DNA of 38,928 nt from Omnitrophica bacterium RIFCSPHIGHO2_02_FULL_46_20. GTDB taxonomy: Bacteria > Omnitrophota > Gorgyraeia > 2-01-FULL-45-10. Under the pieces are notes generated by a model. It made no database searches. It worked only from the letters and a program-made list of their open reading frames with translations, and was not told the DNA's origin. Of the stretch, positions 17,593 to 26,338 are shown one piece after another. Every line of letters begins with the position of its first letter. The stretch's first letter is position 1. Where the stretch lies: NCBI GenBank assembly GCA_001804065.1, contig MHFG01000040.1, forward strand, positions 1-38,928, written 5' to 3'. A program made the position numbers and the translations under genes.

Positions 17593-18461
17593 TCCTTGAA
17601 TTTCTTTTTTGCGTCTATCGCCCCAAGGGTCTTCATGGCATCATCCTCCACCCTGACGCGATATTTATGCTTGAGGTCTAAAACCAGCTTTTCGAAAAGT
17701 TCATTTCTTTTCTTTAGTTTTAGCTCATTTTCCATCATAGGCCTTGCCTCTTCAAACGATTCCACTGCCTCGCTCTTCTTGTCAGTCAATCTTATTATAT
17801 GATATCCGAATTGTGTGTGGACGATCGAGCTGGTCTCGCCTATTTTCAAATTGAAACATGTATTTTCAAATTCCGGTATGACCTGCCCTTTTCTAAAATA
17901 TCCGACATCGCCGCCCCGGCTGGCAGTGGCATCAATCGATTTCTCTTTAGCGAGCTCTCCGAAATCATTACCCTTGGAAAGCTCAATTAAAATATTCTCG
18001 GCCTCGCCCTCGCTTGCAACCAATATATGGGAAGCGCGCCACATCTCGGGCTTCTTAAAATTATCCTTATGCTCCTCATAAAGCTTTTTTATGCTCTCTT
18101 CGGAGATCTTGACCTTGTCGTCGACCTCCGTCTTTACATATTTCGCTATTATTATTTTCTTCCTCGCCTCTTCCAGTATCTCCCGTATTTCTTTGTCCCG
18201 GTCTATACTCTTTCTAATGGCGTCTTCAAGAAACAGCGACTCCACTATCATGTCGTCGAGGAGTATTTTCTTGTTATTGTCCGCCATCCCCTGATAATAG
18301 GAGGGCAGCCGTGAGAGCTTATGCTTGAATTCGTTGAGTGTTATGAATTTATTGGCTACGGCGGCAAGTATCTTATCCTGCGAAAAGGGCTTGGCACCGC
18401 AACCCTGTAAACTTAGCGAAGAAACCGCCATGAGTAATATAATATATCTTAATCTATGCAT
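17589..18461 (-). CDS. PrsA/PpiC-type peptidyl-prolyl isomerase, probable lipoprotein
   Basis: Lipobox LQGC; RASHILV, FGELAKEKS, GGDVGYF, FGYHII. Confidence 0.88.
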   Translation of the reverse strand: MHRLRYIILLMAVSSLSLQGCGAKPFSQDKILAAVANKFITLNEFKHKLSRLPSYYQGMADNNKKILLDDMIVESLFLEDAIRKSIDRDKEIREILEEARKKIIIAKYVKTEVDDKVKISEESIKKLYEEHKDNFKKPEMWRASHILVASEGEAENILIELSKGNDFGELAKEKSIDATASRGGDVGYFRKGQVIPEFENTCFNLKIGETSSIVHTQFGYHIIRLTDKKSEAVESFEEARPMMENELKLKKRNELFEKLVLDLKHKYRVRVEDDAMKTLGAIDAKKKFKE

Positions 18462-18472
18462 AAATTCATATT

Positions 18473-18501
18473 ATTATAACATAAGGCGCGTATCTCTTCA
18501 A
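18473..18501 (-). promoter_or_regulatory. Promoter of the PPIase-surA-pdxA-rsmA operon (very short leader)
   Basis: TTGAAG-17 nt-TATAAT with extended TG, 11 nt before ATG 18461; no SD. Confidence 0.55.
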
Positions 18502-18668
18502 TCAAGTATCTCTCTCTCAACACGGAGCGCTATCGCGAAGCGCATAGCCGGGACTTTTGCGGCTCACCGTAAATTTTTACGGGTGACGCTGGATAAAGCC
18601 TTTTTCTTATGGGGGCACTATGGCGCGGTGGTAACGTATGCCGCCAACTAATATCGCTGTGCATTTTG

Positions 18669-18873
18669 CCGCGCTTATCGATGGTGGAGCTTGCGGGGCG
18701 AGTTGCTGAAGCGGCGTTGAAAATTTTGACACATTATGGCGATTTAGAAAAGAATTTTAAATTCCTGAAAGAAGTTAAAATTCTGTCAAAATTTTTCCGA
18801 ATAAATTGGCATGCCCAATGCCAATTTATGTCCGCGGAGGCAACTCGCCCCGCAAGTTTCACCTATCTCGCGG
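18669..18873. repeat. Nested palindromic element
   Basis: 24-bp IR 18683-18706/18840-18863 enclosing three further stems; arms match the element at 5427-5478. Confidence 0.8.
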
Positions 18874-18924
18874 ATTGCGCTATGCCTCGGCTCATTGATG
18901 CTTCGGCAGGCTCAGCATCAACCC

Positions 18925-20820
18925 TCAAGCTTTTGCCTTATAAGTTTCAATGGCGCTTTTCAATAATCTGCAATATAAGTCGAACCCGACTGAATATATG
19001 TATCCATGCTGTTCAACGCCTAAAATGTTGCCTGCGCCGCGCAATTCCAGATCCTCCATTGCGAGCTTGAAACCCGAGCCCAGCTCCTGAAACTTCTTTA
19101 TCGCATGCAATCTTCTTTGCGACTCCGCGCTCAATACGAATTGTTTCGGTATCAATAGATACGCGTAGGCTGCTCTCGTAAATCGGCCCACCCGGCCGCG
19201 CAGTTGGTATAGATCCGCAAGGCCGAACATGTCAGCCCTGTTTATTATAAGCGTATTCGCATTCGGTATATCTATGCCGGATTCGATTATCGTAGTCGAA
19301 ATAAGGCAATCTACCTCGCCTTTTATGAATTTCATCATGGTATCTTCGAGGATCTTCTCGGGCATTCTCCCATGTCCTACGGCGATTTTTACCTCCGGCA
19401 CTAATTCAGAAATTTTTTTCGCTATTTTTTCTATGCCTTTTATCCTGTTGTGGACGAAGAAAATTTGCCCGCGCCTTCCCTTCTCTTTTAGTATCGCATC
19501 CCGTATAAGCGAATCACTGTAATAGGCAACGCGCGTCTCTACGGGGAGCCTGTCTGATGGAGGAGTATTTATTATCGATATATCCCGCCCGCCCATAAGC
19601 GCTAAATACAAGGTTCTTGGTATTGGCGTTGCGGTTAAAGTCAGGACGTCGACACTAAGATGGATTTTTTTAAGATACTCCTTGTGGCGTACTCCGAAAC
19701 GCTGTTCCTCATCTATTATTACAAGGCCGAGATCTTTAAATTTTATATCTCCCGACACAAGACGGTGCGTCCCGATGACCACATCTACATTACCTTCCGC
19801 TATCCCTTTAACTATATTGATCTGTTCGGGCTTACTCCTGAAACGAGAGAGCATCTCTACCCTTATCGGATAAGCCTTCATCCTGTTAGAAAAAGTATTG
19901 TAATGCTGTTCGGCCAAGATCGTCGTAGGAACTAATATGGCCGCTTGTTTATTATCCATTACAGCTTTGAATGCCGCCCGCAGCGCCACCTCGGTCTTAC
20001 CATATCCGACATCGCCGCACAAGAGCCTATCCATAGGCTTGGTAGATTCCATATCTTTTTTGACTTCTATGGTAGAGCGCGCCTGGTCAGGCGTCTCCTT
20101 ATAGGGAAACTCTCTTTCAAACCTTTCCTGCCACTCGGTATCGGAGGAAAATTTAAAACCTTGAGCCGCGGAGCGCTTCGCCTGTAATTCAAGAAGTTCA
20201 ACCGCCATTCTTTTTACGCCTGACCTTACGCGCTCCTTGGCATTCTTCCATAGCTTCGTCCCGAGTTTATAAAGCTTGGGCGGCTTTCTTTCAAAGCTCA
20301 CATATTTCTGGACCTTATTCAGGTCCGCGAATGGGACATAAAGTTTGTCGCCGGCGGCATATTCTACTACATAGTGCTCGATATATTGCTTCTCAATCTT
20401 AATCTTTTCGATGCCCAGGTATTTGCCTATGCCATGATCCACGTGTACGACATAATCTCCCGGCTCGATATCGACAAAGTTGCCTATGGGCGGCTCCCCG
20501 CCTGCCTCCAAAATCCTTTTATTCAATTTTCTCTTCGCGATCCCTCTTAGGGGAAGGATTATAGCCGCGTTGTGTTCCTCTATGGGATCGTATGTGACAG
20601 GGTCGAGGCTCCGTATCCTCGCGACTTTGGTATCTTCCAGCTCGAGCCTTAATGGGTACGCGAAAGTGAGGGGATATATCGTTATCGTATCGCCGAGCCT
20701 CGCAAAATCGCCTTCCTCGGAAACGCGAGAACAGGCGCGGTAACCGTACTCGACGAGGCCGGCCAGCAATCTTTCGATATCGATTTCTTCGTTGAGATAA
20801 ATTTTTATAGTTTCAAACAT
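18925..20820 (-). CDS. mfd: Transcription-repair coupling factor Mfd, compact form
   Basis: RID (GDYVVHVDHGIGKY), ETPDQ, MDRLLCGDVGYGKTEVA, DEEQRFGV, TATPIPRTL, QLRGRVGR, TRG (DLELRGAGNILG). Confidence 0.93.
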   Translation of the reverse strand: MFETIKIYLNEEIDIERLLAGLVEYGYRACSRVSEEGDFARLGDTITIYPLTFAYPLRLELEDTKVARIRSLDPVTYDPIEEHNAAIILPLRGIAKRKLNKRILEAGGEPPIGNFVDIEPGDYVVHVDHGIGKYLGIEKIKIEKQYIEHYVVEYAAGDKLYVPFADLNKVQKYVSFERKPPKLYKLGTKLWKNAKERVRSGVKRMAVELLELQAKRSAAQGFKFSSDTEWQERFEREFPYKETPDQARSTIEVKKDMESTKPMDRLLCGDVGYGKTEVALRAAFKAVMDNKQAAILVPTTILAEQHYNTFSNRMKAYPIRVEMLSRFRSKPEQINIVKGIAEGNVDVVIGTHRLVSGDIKFKDLGLVIIDEEQRFGVRHKEYLKKIHLSVDVLTLTATPIPRTLYLALMGGRDISIINTPPSDRLPVETRVAYYSDSLIRDAILKEKGRRGQIFFVHNRIKGIEKIAKKISELVPEVKIAVGHGRMPEKILEDTMMKFIKGEVDCLISTTIIESGIDIPNANTLIINRADMFGLADLYQLRGRVGRFTRAAYAYLLIPKQFVLSAESQRRLHAIKKFQELGSGFKLAMEDLELRGAGNILGVEQHGYIYSVGFDLYCRLLKSAIETYKAKA

Positions 20821-20847
20821 CTTTTCGGTAAGAGTTGATACTTAAGA

Positions 20848-22530
20848 CTACATCTTCTTAGGGAGGGAAACTCCGAGAAGTTTAAGACCGTTCGCCAAGA
20901 CTATCCTGACACAATCCACTAAGATCAACCTTGCCTTCGCAAGGCCAGGCTCGCCGCACACAACCCTATGTTTCGCATAGAACGAATGAAATGCCCTCGC
21001 GAGGTCCTCCATGTACTGAAGGACAGTGTAAGGTTCCAGTGAATTCGCGCTCAAGACGACTATCAACGGGAATTGGCGCAATATCCTGAGCATATCCAGC
21101 TCTTCCTTTTCTTTAAGAAGATCGGACTTGAATCCTGAAGAAAGACTGGCTTTCTTACTATATTCAAGTATAGACCATATCCTGGCGTGAGCGTACTGTA
21201 TGTAATATACAGGATTTTCCATGGATTGCTCTTTAACCTTGTAGAGGTCGAATTCAAGATGGCTAGACACTCTTCTCATGAGAAAACAGAACCGCGCGAC
21301 ATCTTTGCCGACTTCATCGATGACTTCGCGAAGCGTGACAAATTCACCGGCTCTCGTCGACATTGAAACTAGTTTGCCTCCTTGATAAAGGGTAACAAGC
21401 TGCGCTATCAAGACCGACAGCGAAGACTTCTCATATCCCAGCGCCTGCACTGCCGCCTTTATCCGCGGTATATAACCGTGGTGGTCGGGCCCCCATATGT
21501 CTATGATCGTTTTAAATCCGCGCCTATATTTATCGAGATGGTATGCTATGTCTGGAGCCAAGTATGTATAAGAACCGTCTGATTTTATTATGACCCTATC
21601 CTTATCATCTCCGAAATCGGTAGAGCGGAACCACGCCGCGCCTTCTTTCTCATATATATAGCCCTTGTCCTTGACTATCTGGAGGGCCTTATCTATCTTG
21701 CCTGATTTTCTGAGGGCTTTCTGGCTATACCAAACATCGAAATTCACGCCGAAATCTTTTAAATCCTTTCTTATGTCATTAAGTATCCATTTAAGCCCGA
21801 ATTCCCGGAAAATCTTTATATCCTTCTCTCCGACATATTTTTTACCTAACTTTTCCTTGAAATCCTTTGCTATGTCGATAATATACGCGCCCTTGTATCT
21901 ATCGGCGGGAAATTCCTCTTTTATTCCACAAAGTTCACGATAGCGCGCCCTTATGGAATTTCCCAGAATATTCATCTGGGTGCCCTCGTCATTTATATAA
22001 TATTCGCGTTTAACCGCACAGCTTAAGAAAGATAATATCCTGGCAAGTGAGTCTCCTATGGCTGCCTGCCTGCCATGCGCGATGGTCAGCGGGCCCGTAG
22101 GATTCGCGCTCACAAACTCTATCTGCATAGTCTTGCCCCGGTATATACTGCTCCTGCCATAATTATGTTTTTCCCGCTGTATCGCTAATAAAACCTTATA
22201 TAGATGAGAACTGCTTAAAAAGAAATTTATGAAACCTGGATTTTTTACCTCGATCTTCTCTATGTCATTTTTTATTGGTGACGAGGGGAGCGCGGCATTC
22301 ATCTTATCCCAGATCGATATAGCAAACCGCATCGGAGGCATTGAAACCAATCTAGACGCTTTCATGGCGATATTCGTGGAGATGTCGCCGTGGGTTCTCT
22401 CTTTGGGAATTTCTAATTCTGGTATTATTTCGCGGGATCTGGCGGCGGGTTTTTTAAGGTCAAAAAGTACTCCCTTTACGGATTTTTCAATAAACGAAAC
22501 GAGCTCTTTTTCAATTCCGCCATGATGCAT
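20848..22530 (-). CDS. argS: Arginine--tRNA ligase
   Basis: EFVSANPTGPLTIAHGR, FGDDKDRV, WGPDHHGY, MSTRAG, YYIQYAHAR. Confidence 0.96.
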   Translation of the reverse strand: MHHGGIEKELVSFIEKSVKGVLFDLKKPAARSREIIPELEIPKERTHGDISTNIAMKASRLVSMPPMRFAISIWDKMNAALPSSPIKNDIEKIEVKNPGFINFFLSSSHLYKVLLAIQREKHNYGRSSIYRGKTMQIEFVSANPTGPLTIAHGRQAAIGDSLARILSFLSCAVKREYYINDEGTQMNILGNSIRARYRELCGIKEEFPADRYKGAYIIDIAKDFKEKLGKKYVGEKDIKIFREFGLKWILNDIRKDLKDFGVNFDVWYSQKALRKSGKIDKALQIVKDKGYIYEKEGAAWFRSTDFGDDKDRVIIKSDGSYTYLAPDIAYHLDKYRRGFKTIIDIWGPDHHGYIPRIKAAVQALGYEKSSLSVLIAQLVTLYQGGKLVSMSTRAGEFVTLREVIDEVGKDVARFCFLMRRVSSHLEFDLYKVKEQSMENPVYYIQYAHARIWSILEYSKKASLSSGFKSDLLKEKEELDMLRILRQFPLIVVLSANSLEPYTVLQYMEDLARAFHSFYAKHRVVCGEPGLAKARLILVDCVRIVLANGLKLLGVSLPKKM

Positions 22531-22547
22531 TTTGCCTCTATATCCTT

Positions 22548-22586
22548 AAAAGACGAGACTACCTTAAACTAAGGCAATCTCGTCTT
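22548..22586 (-). terminator. Stem-loop/probable terminator after rsfS
   Basis: 17-bp stem that is fully paired (two G-U) only on the minus strand and ends in a short U run. Confidence 0.55.
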
Positions 22587-22599
22587 ATAAGTAAAGTGA

Positions 22600-23007
22600 T
22601 TATTTATACCGTTTCCTTTTCGTGGCGCGGGGACTCTTGACCGCTTTTAAACGTTTCTTTCTCGGCTCCACGAACTTCTCCTGCGGAACATCGCCCCAGA
22701 GTCGCTCTAATTCGTAAAATTTACGCGTTTCATCAATAAATACGTGGGCTATAACATCTCCGTAATCAAGTAGTATCCAAAGAGCTTCGCGCTCGCCCTC
22801 CGCGTGCCGGAGCTTCTCACCCTTTATTTTCAGCTTTTCTACTATATTATCGGCTATAGCCTTGGCCTGCGTAGTAGATGTGCCGCTTACAATAACAAAA
22901 TAATCGGAGACACTCGGGATCTTCCGCATATCTAAAATCACTGCATCGAGCGCCTTTTTGTCTGAAGCGGCCTTAGCTATGACCAAGGCCTTCGACTTAG
23001 CTTCTAT
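22600..23007 (-). CDS. rsfS: Ribosome silencing factor RsfS
   Basis: DKKA, DYFVIVSG, WILLDYGDVIAHVF, FYELERLW; start uncertain (ATA 23007 behind a strong SD versus TTG 22986). Confidence 0.92.
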   Translation of the reverse strand: MEAKSKALVIAKAASDKKALDAVILDMRKIPSVSDYFVIVSGTSTTQAKAIADNIVEKLKIKGEKLRHAEGEREALWILLDYGDVIAHVFIDETRKFYELERLWGDVPQEKFVEPRKKRLKAVKSPRATKRKRYK

Positions 23008-23037
23008 AAACCTTCACCTCTTTCCAAAAAGAGAATG

Positions 23038-23181
23038 CTACTTTATTATCTTATACATCCCTGTGTTGCAAGTGGTGCATTTCCCCTTCATAGCCTGTCT
23101 CTTGTTCTTCATCGTAACATTCTGTGTATCTTTCATCTCTTTCTTGGATTTACACTTTACGCAATAGCCTACTTCTGCCAT
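23038..23181 (-). CDS. 47-aa basic zinc-ribbon protein (DUF5679-like), absent from the ORF track
   Basis: MAEVGYCVKCKSKKEMKDTQNVTMKNKRQAMKGKCTTCNTGMYKIIK; two CxxC pairs; SD AAGGAGGTGA; own promoter. Confidence 0.88.
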   Translation of the reverse strand: MAEVGYCVKCKSKKEMKDTQNVTMKNKRQAMKGKCTTCNTGMYKIIK

Positions 23182-23255
23182 TTATTTCACCTCCTTTTAT
23201 CCACGCGCCTGACGCGTATGGTATTATTCCGCGCACAGAAGTGCGGGTTTGACAA

Positions 23256-23284
23256 ATTATACACTACAAAACGCGCTTGGTCAA
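23256..23284 (-). promoter_or_regulatory. Near-consensus sigma70 promoter for the zinc-ribbon gene and rsfS
   Basis: TTGACC-17 nt-TATAAT. Confidence 0.7.
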
Positions 23285-23329
23285 GGTTACCACTATAGAT
23301 AGAGTCAGCTAAGCTTCGGCAACATTTAT

Positions 23330-23914
23330 TTATGAGGCATTAGGTAGACGATATAGATTGTGCTCCAATATATATTTACGCACCTTCTCAGAAACTAGAT
23401 ACCGTATCGACCTGCCTTCTTTGAGGCGTTTTCTTATATCTTCTGAAGATACTTCTATGGGGGTTATCACTACGGTATCGGCCTCTTTTGGGATATCCTT
23501 TAAGGGATAACCCGGCCTATTCGCGACTATGAATTTGGAAATCTTGAAGATATCATTTATATTTTTCCAAGAGAATAAGTCTTTAAGCGAGTCCGAGCCC
23601 GTTATAAAACAAAGCTGCGCGTCATCTCCATAGATCTTCCGAAATTCTTTCAAGGTGTCTATCGAATATGATTTCTTCTTAGAATCTACCTCATATGTCG
23701 ATATCTCAAAAGCGGGATTATCTTCTATAGCAAGGCGTACCATCTCGAGCCTGTCTTTAGCATCTATTACATCTGATGTGTTCTTGTGGGGGGGCATGAA
23801 CGCCGGCACTAATATCAGTTTATCCAGCCTCAGCTTGAAGCGAGCCTCTTCTGCCAGTATAAGATGTCCGATGTGGATCGGATTAAAAGTACCGCCGAGT
23901 ATTCCTATACGCAT
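23330..23914 (-). CDS. nadD: Nicotinate-nucleotide adenylyltransferase
   Basis: GGTFNPIHIGH, PPHK, FITGSDS, VSSEDIR. Confidence 0.95.
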   Translation of the reverse strand: MRIGILGGTFNPIHIGHLILAEEARFKLRLDKLILVPAFMPPHKNTSDVIDAKDRLEMVRLAIEDNPAFEISTYEVDSKKKSYSIDTLKEFRKIYGDDAQLCFITGSDSLKDLFSWKNINDIFKISKFIVANRPGYPLKDIPKEADTVVITPIEVSSEDIRKRLKEGRSIRYLVSEKVRKYILEHNLYRLPNAS

Positions 23915-23939
23915 AGTGCTCCGTTAACTTAATTCTTAT

Positions 23940-25190
23940 CTATTTTCTTATTTGCCCTTTTCCGTATATAACGTACTTATATGACGTGAGTTCCTCAACG
24001 CCCATCGGGCCGCGAGCGTGTATCTTATCAGTCGATATCCCTATCTCCGCGCCTTTCCCGAATTCGCCTCCGTCGGTAAACCGCGTCGAGGCGTTTACAT
24101 ATACGCATGCTGAATCCACTTCATTCAAAAACTTTTCGGCCATTTTTTTATTTCTAGTAACTATGGCGTCGGAGTGGCGAGAACCGTATTTCATGATATG
24201 TCCTATCGCCTCATCAATATTGTTTACTATTTTCACCGACAGTATCAGATCCAGATACTCTTTATACCAGTCATCCTCGCACGCTCTTTTTATATCTGTT
24301 ATTATCTTCATTGTTTCGCCGCAGCCGCGAATCTCGACGCCTGCGGCCTTGAATCGCTGTATCATGGGAACTAAGAATTTTTTCGCTATCATCCTATTTA
24401 CGAGCATAGTTTCCATGGCGTTACAAACACCCGGCCTCTGAACCTTTGCGTTGAAACATATATCTTGCGCTATTTTCAGGTCCGCCGATTCGTCAACATA
24501 GGTATGGCATACGCCCTTATAATGCTTTATAACTGGGATTCTGGAATTTTTCGACACCTCCCTTATCAAGGACTCGCCGCCTCTAGGCATTACAAGGTCT
24601 ATCAAGCCTTCTTGCATGAGAAGCTCGCTCACGACGTTCCGATCCGTGCCCTTGATAATCGTTATAACACCGTTGGGGAGCTTATGTTTTAAAACCTCTC
24701 TTTCCAAAGTTTCGAATATAGCGATGTTGGAATGTATAGCTTCGCTGCCGCCTCTCAATATTACACAATTACCGGCCTTTAAACAAAGGGCTATGCAATC
24801 GCTTGTCACATTGGGCCGCGATTCATAAATTATCAAGATTACGCCGATGGGCACCCTGACCTTTTTTATCACCAGGCCGTTAGGCCTAACCCTGGTTTCT
24901 AATATTTCTCCTACGGGATCCTTCAATTTTGAGATTTCAAGAATCGAATCCGCCATTCCCTTTATCCGCTTTCTATTTAATAATAACCGATCGATAAGCG
25001 CTGCCGACAGCTTATCCCTTCGGCCATATTCAATGTCTTTTTTATTTTCTTCTATTAGGTGCGTTGAATTAGCCATGAGGGCCTTTGCCATATCTTTAAG
25101 CGCTCTTTCCTTCGCCTTCGAATCGACGATCGCCATTTCGCGTGAAGCCTGATTAGCCTTCCGGCATAAACTTTTTATATAGGCGCTCAT
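23940..25190 (-). CDS. proA: Gamma-glutamyl phosphate reductase
   Basis: IIYESRPNVT, ILRGGSEA, GVCNAMET, NASTRFTDG, GISTDKIHARGPMG. Confidence 0.96.
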   Translation of the reverse strand: MSAYIKSLCRKANQASREMAIVDSKAKERALKDMAKALMANSTHLIEENKKDIEYGRRDKLSAALIDRLLLNRKRIKGMADSILEISKLKDPVGEILETRVRPNGLVIKKVRVPIGVILIIYESRPNVTSDCIALCLKAGNCVILRGGSEAIHSNIAIFETLEREVLKHKLPNGVITIIKGTDRNVVSELLMQEGLIDLVMPRGGESLIREVSKNSRIPVIKHYKGVCHTYVDESADLKIAQDICFNAKVQRPGVCNAMETMLVNRMIAKKFLVPMIQRFKAAGVEIRGCGETMKIITDIKRACEDDWYKEYLDLILSVKIVNNIDEAIGHIMKYGSRHSDAIVTRNKKMAEKFLNEVDSACVYVNASTRFTDGGEFGKGAEIGISTDKIHARGPMGVEELTSYKYVIYGKGQIRK

Positions 25191-26338
25191 AGTATCACCA
25201 AATTATTTTTATGGACGACCTCATCTTCGCGCTTTTCGCCTAACGCGCCTTTTACCTGGCCCGTCTTAAGGCCCTTTATTTTTAAGAGTTCGAACGACGA
25301 GTAATTGGCTAAGCCCCTTGCAAACTCCTTAAGGTTTTTGTCGGTAATTTTAATGACGTCGCCTATTACAAAGTCTCCGTCTACTTCAACGATGCCGGAT
25401 GCAAGCAGGCTCTTATTCTTATTTGAGAGCGCGTCTTTCGCGCCATTATCTACAATTATAGTCCCTTTAGGATTTGATGAAAAGGCTATCCATCTCTTCC
25501 TGGCAATAAGTTTTGCGCCTGAACTTCCGAACCTTGTCCCGACCTTTCCCCCGTTCACGATATCGATGATCACATCCTTGGCCTTGCCATTTGCTACAAC
25601 GCACTCGATGCCTGAGGCCGTTGCCCTTTTAATAGCCTCCAATTTTGAGCACATGCCGCCTGTCCCAAACTCACACTCACTAGACTTGGCTAATCTTAGA
25701 ACCTTTGAATTAATATCGTCGACAAAATCTATTACATCGCCCTTTTCGTTTAGAAGTCCGTCCACATCAGTTAAAATTATCAAAAGATCAGCGTGACACA
25801 GGTCGCTTACGAGAGTTGAGAGCCTGTCATTATCTCCGCATTTTATCTCTTCAGTGGATACCGTATCGTTCTCGTTTATTATGGGGACTGCCTTGTGATG
25901 AAACAATGTCTGAGTAGTATATTTTATATTTAGGTATCGCATTCTGTCGTTAAAATCTTCCTGTGTAAGCAGGAACTGCCCGACGAGATATCCGCGCTTC
26001 TTAAAATAATGACTATACAACTGCATCAGGGCGCTCTGGCCTATGGAAGCTGCCGCCTGAAGTTCCCGTAATTTAATAGGCCTCTTCTTTAGGCCTAACA
26101 GCCCCATACCCGCGCCGATAGCGCCTGATGTGACTATGACGACCTTCATGCCCCTGTCGAGCACATCGGCAATATTATTGACTATGCTCTTCAACCTGTC
26201 CTTGTCAATCCCTCGACGCGCTTCGTCCCTCGACTTCGCTCGGGATTGATCCTGATCTCTTGCCGAAGGAACGAGCGTCTTGCCAGACGAGGCCATAACC
26301 TTCGTTCCGATCTTTATAACTATTGTCCTATTTTTCAT
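25187..26338 (-). CDS. proB: Glutamate 5-kinase with PUA domain and an N-terminal in-frame insertion
   Basis: IVIKIGT, VTSGAI, INENDTV, GDNDRLS, GTGGMCSKL, SLLASGI. Confidence 0.96.
   Translation of the reverse strand: MKNRTIVIKIGTKVMASSGKTLVPSARDQDQSRAKSRDEARRGIDKDRLKSIVNNIADVLDRGMKVVIVTSGAIGAGMGLLGLKKRPIKLRELQAAASIGQSALMQLYSHYFKKRGYLVGQFLLTQEDFNDRMRYLNIKYTTQTLFHHKAVPIINENDTVSTEEIKCGDNDRLSTLVSDLCHADLLIILTDVDGLLNEKGDVIDFVDDINSKVLRLAKSSECEFGTGGMCSKLEAIKRATASGIECVVANGKAKDVIIDIVNGGKVGTRFGSSGAKLIARKRWIAFSSNPKGTIIVDNGAKDALSNKNKSLLASGIVEVDGDFVIGDVIKITDKNLKEFARGLANYSSFELLKIKGLKTGQVKGALGEKREDEVVHKNNLVIL

Noticed and set aside
18545-18565. RNase P RNA-like fragment (AAAGTCCCGGCT on the minus strand)
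   Set aside because: No GAGGAAAGTCC and no matching second P4 strand
18611-18670. tRNA-like start (TGGCGCGGTGGTAACG)
   Set aside because: No anticodon arm, no TTCRA T-loop and no proper acceptor stem
18609-19070. 153-aa ORF or a frameshifted Mfd C-terminus
   Set aside because: Opposite strand to mfd and composed of nested palindromes; no D7-like sequence recognised
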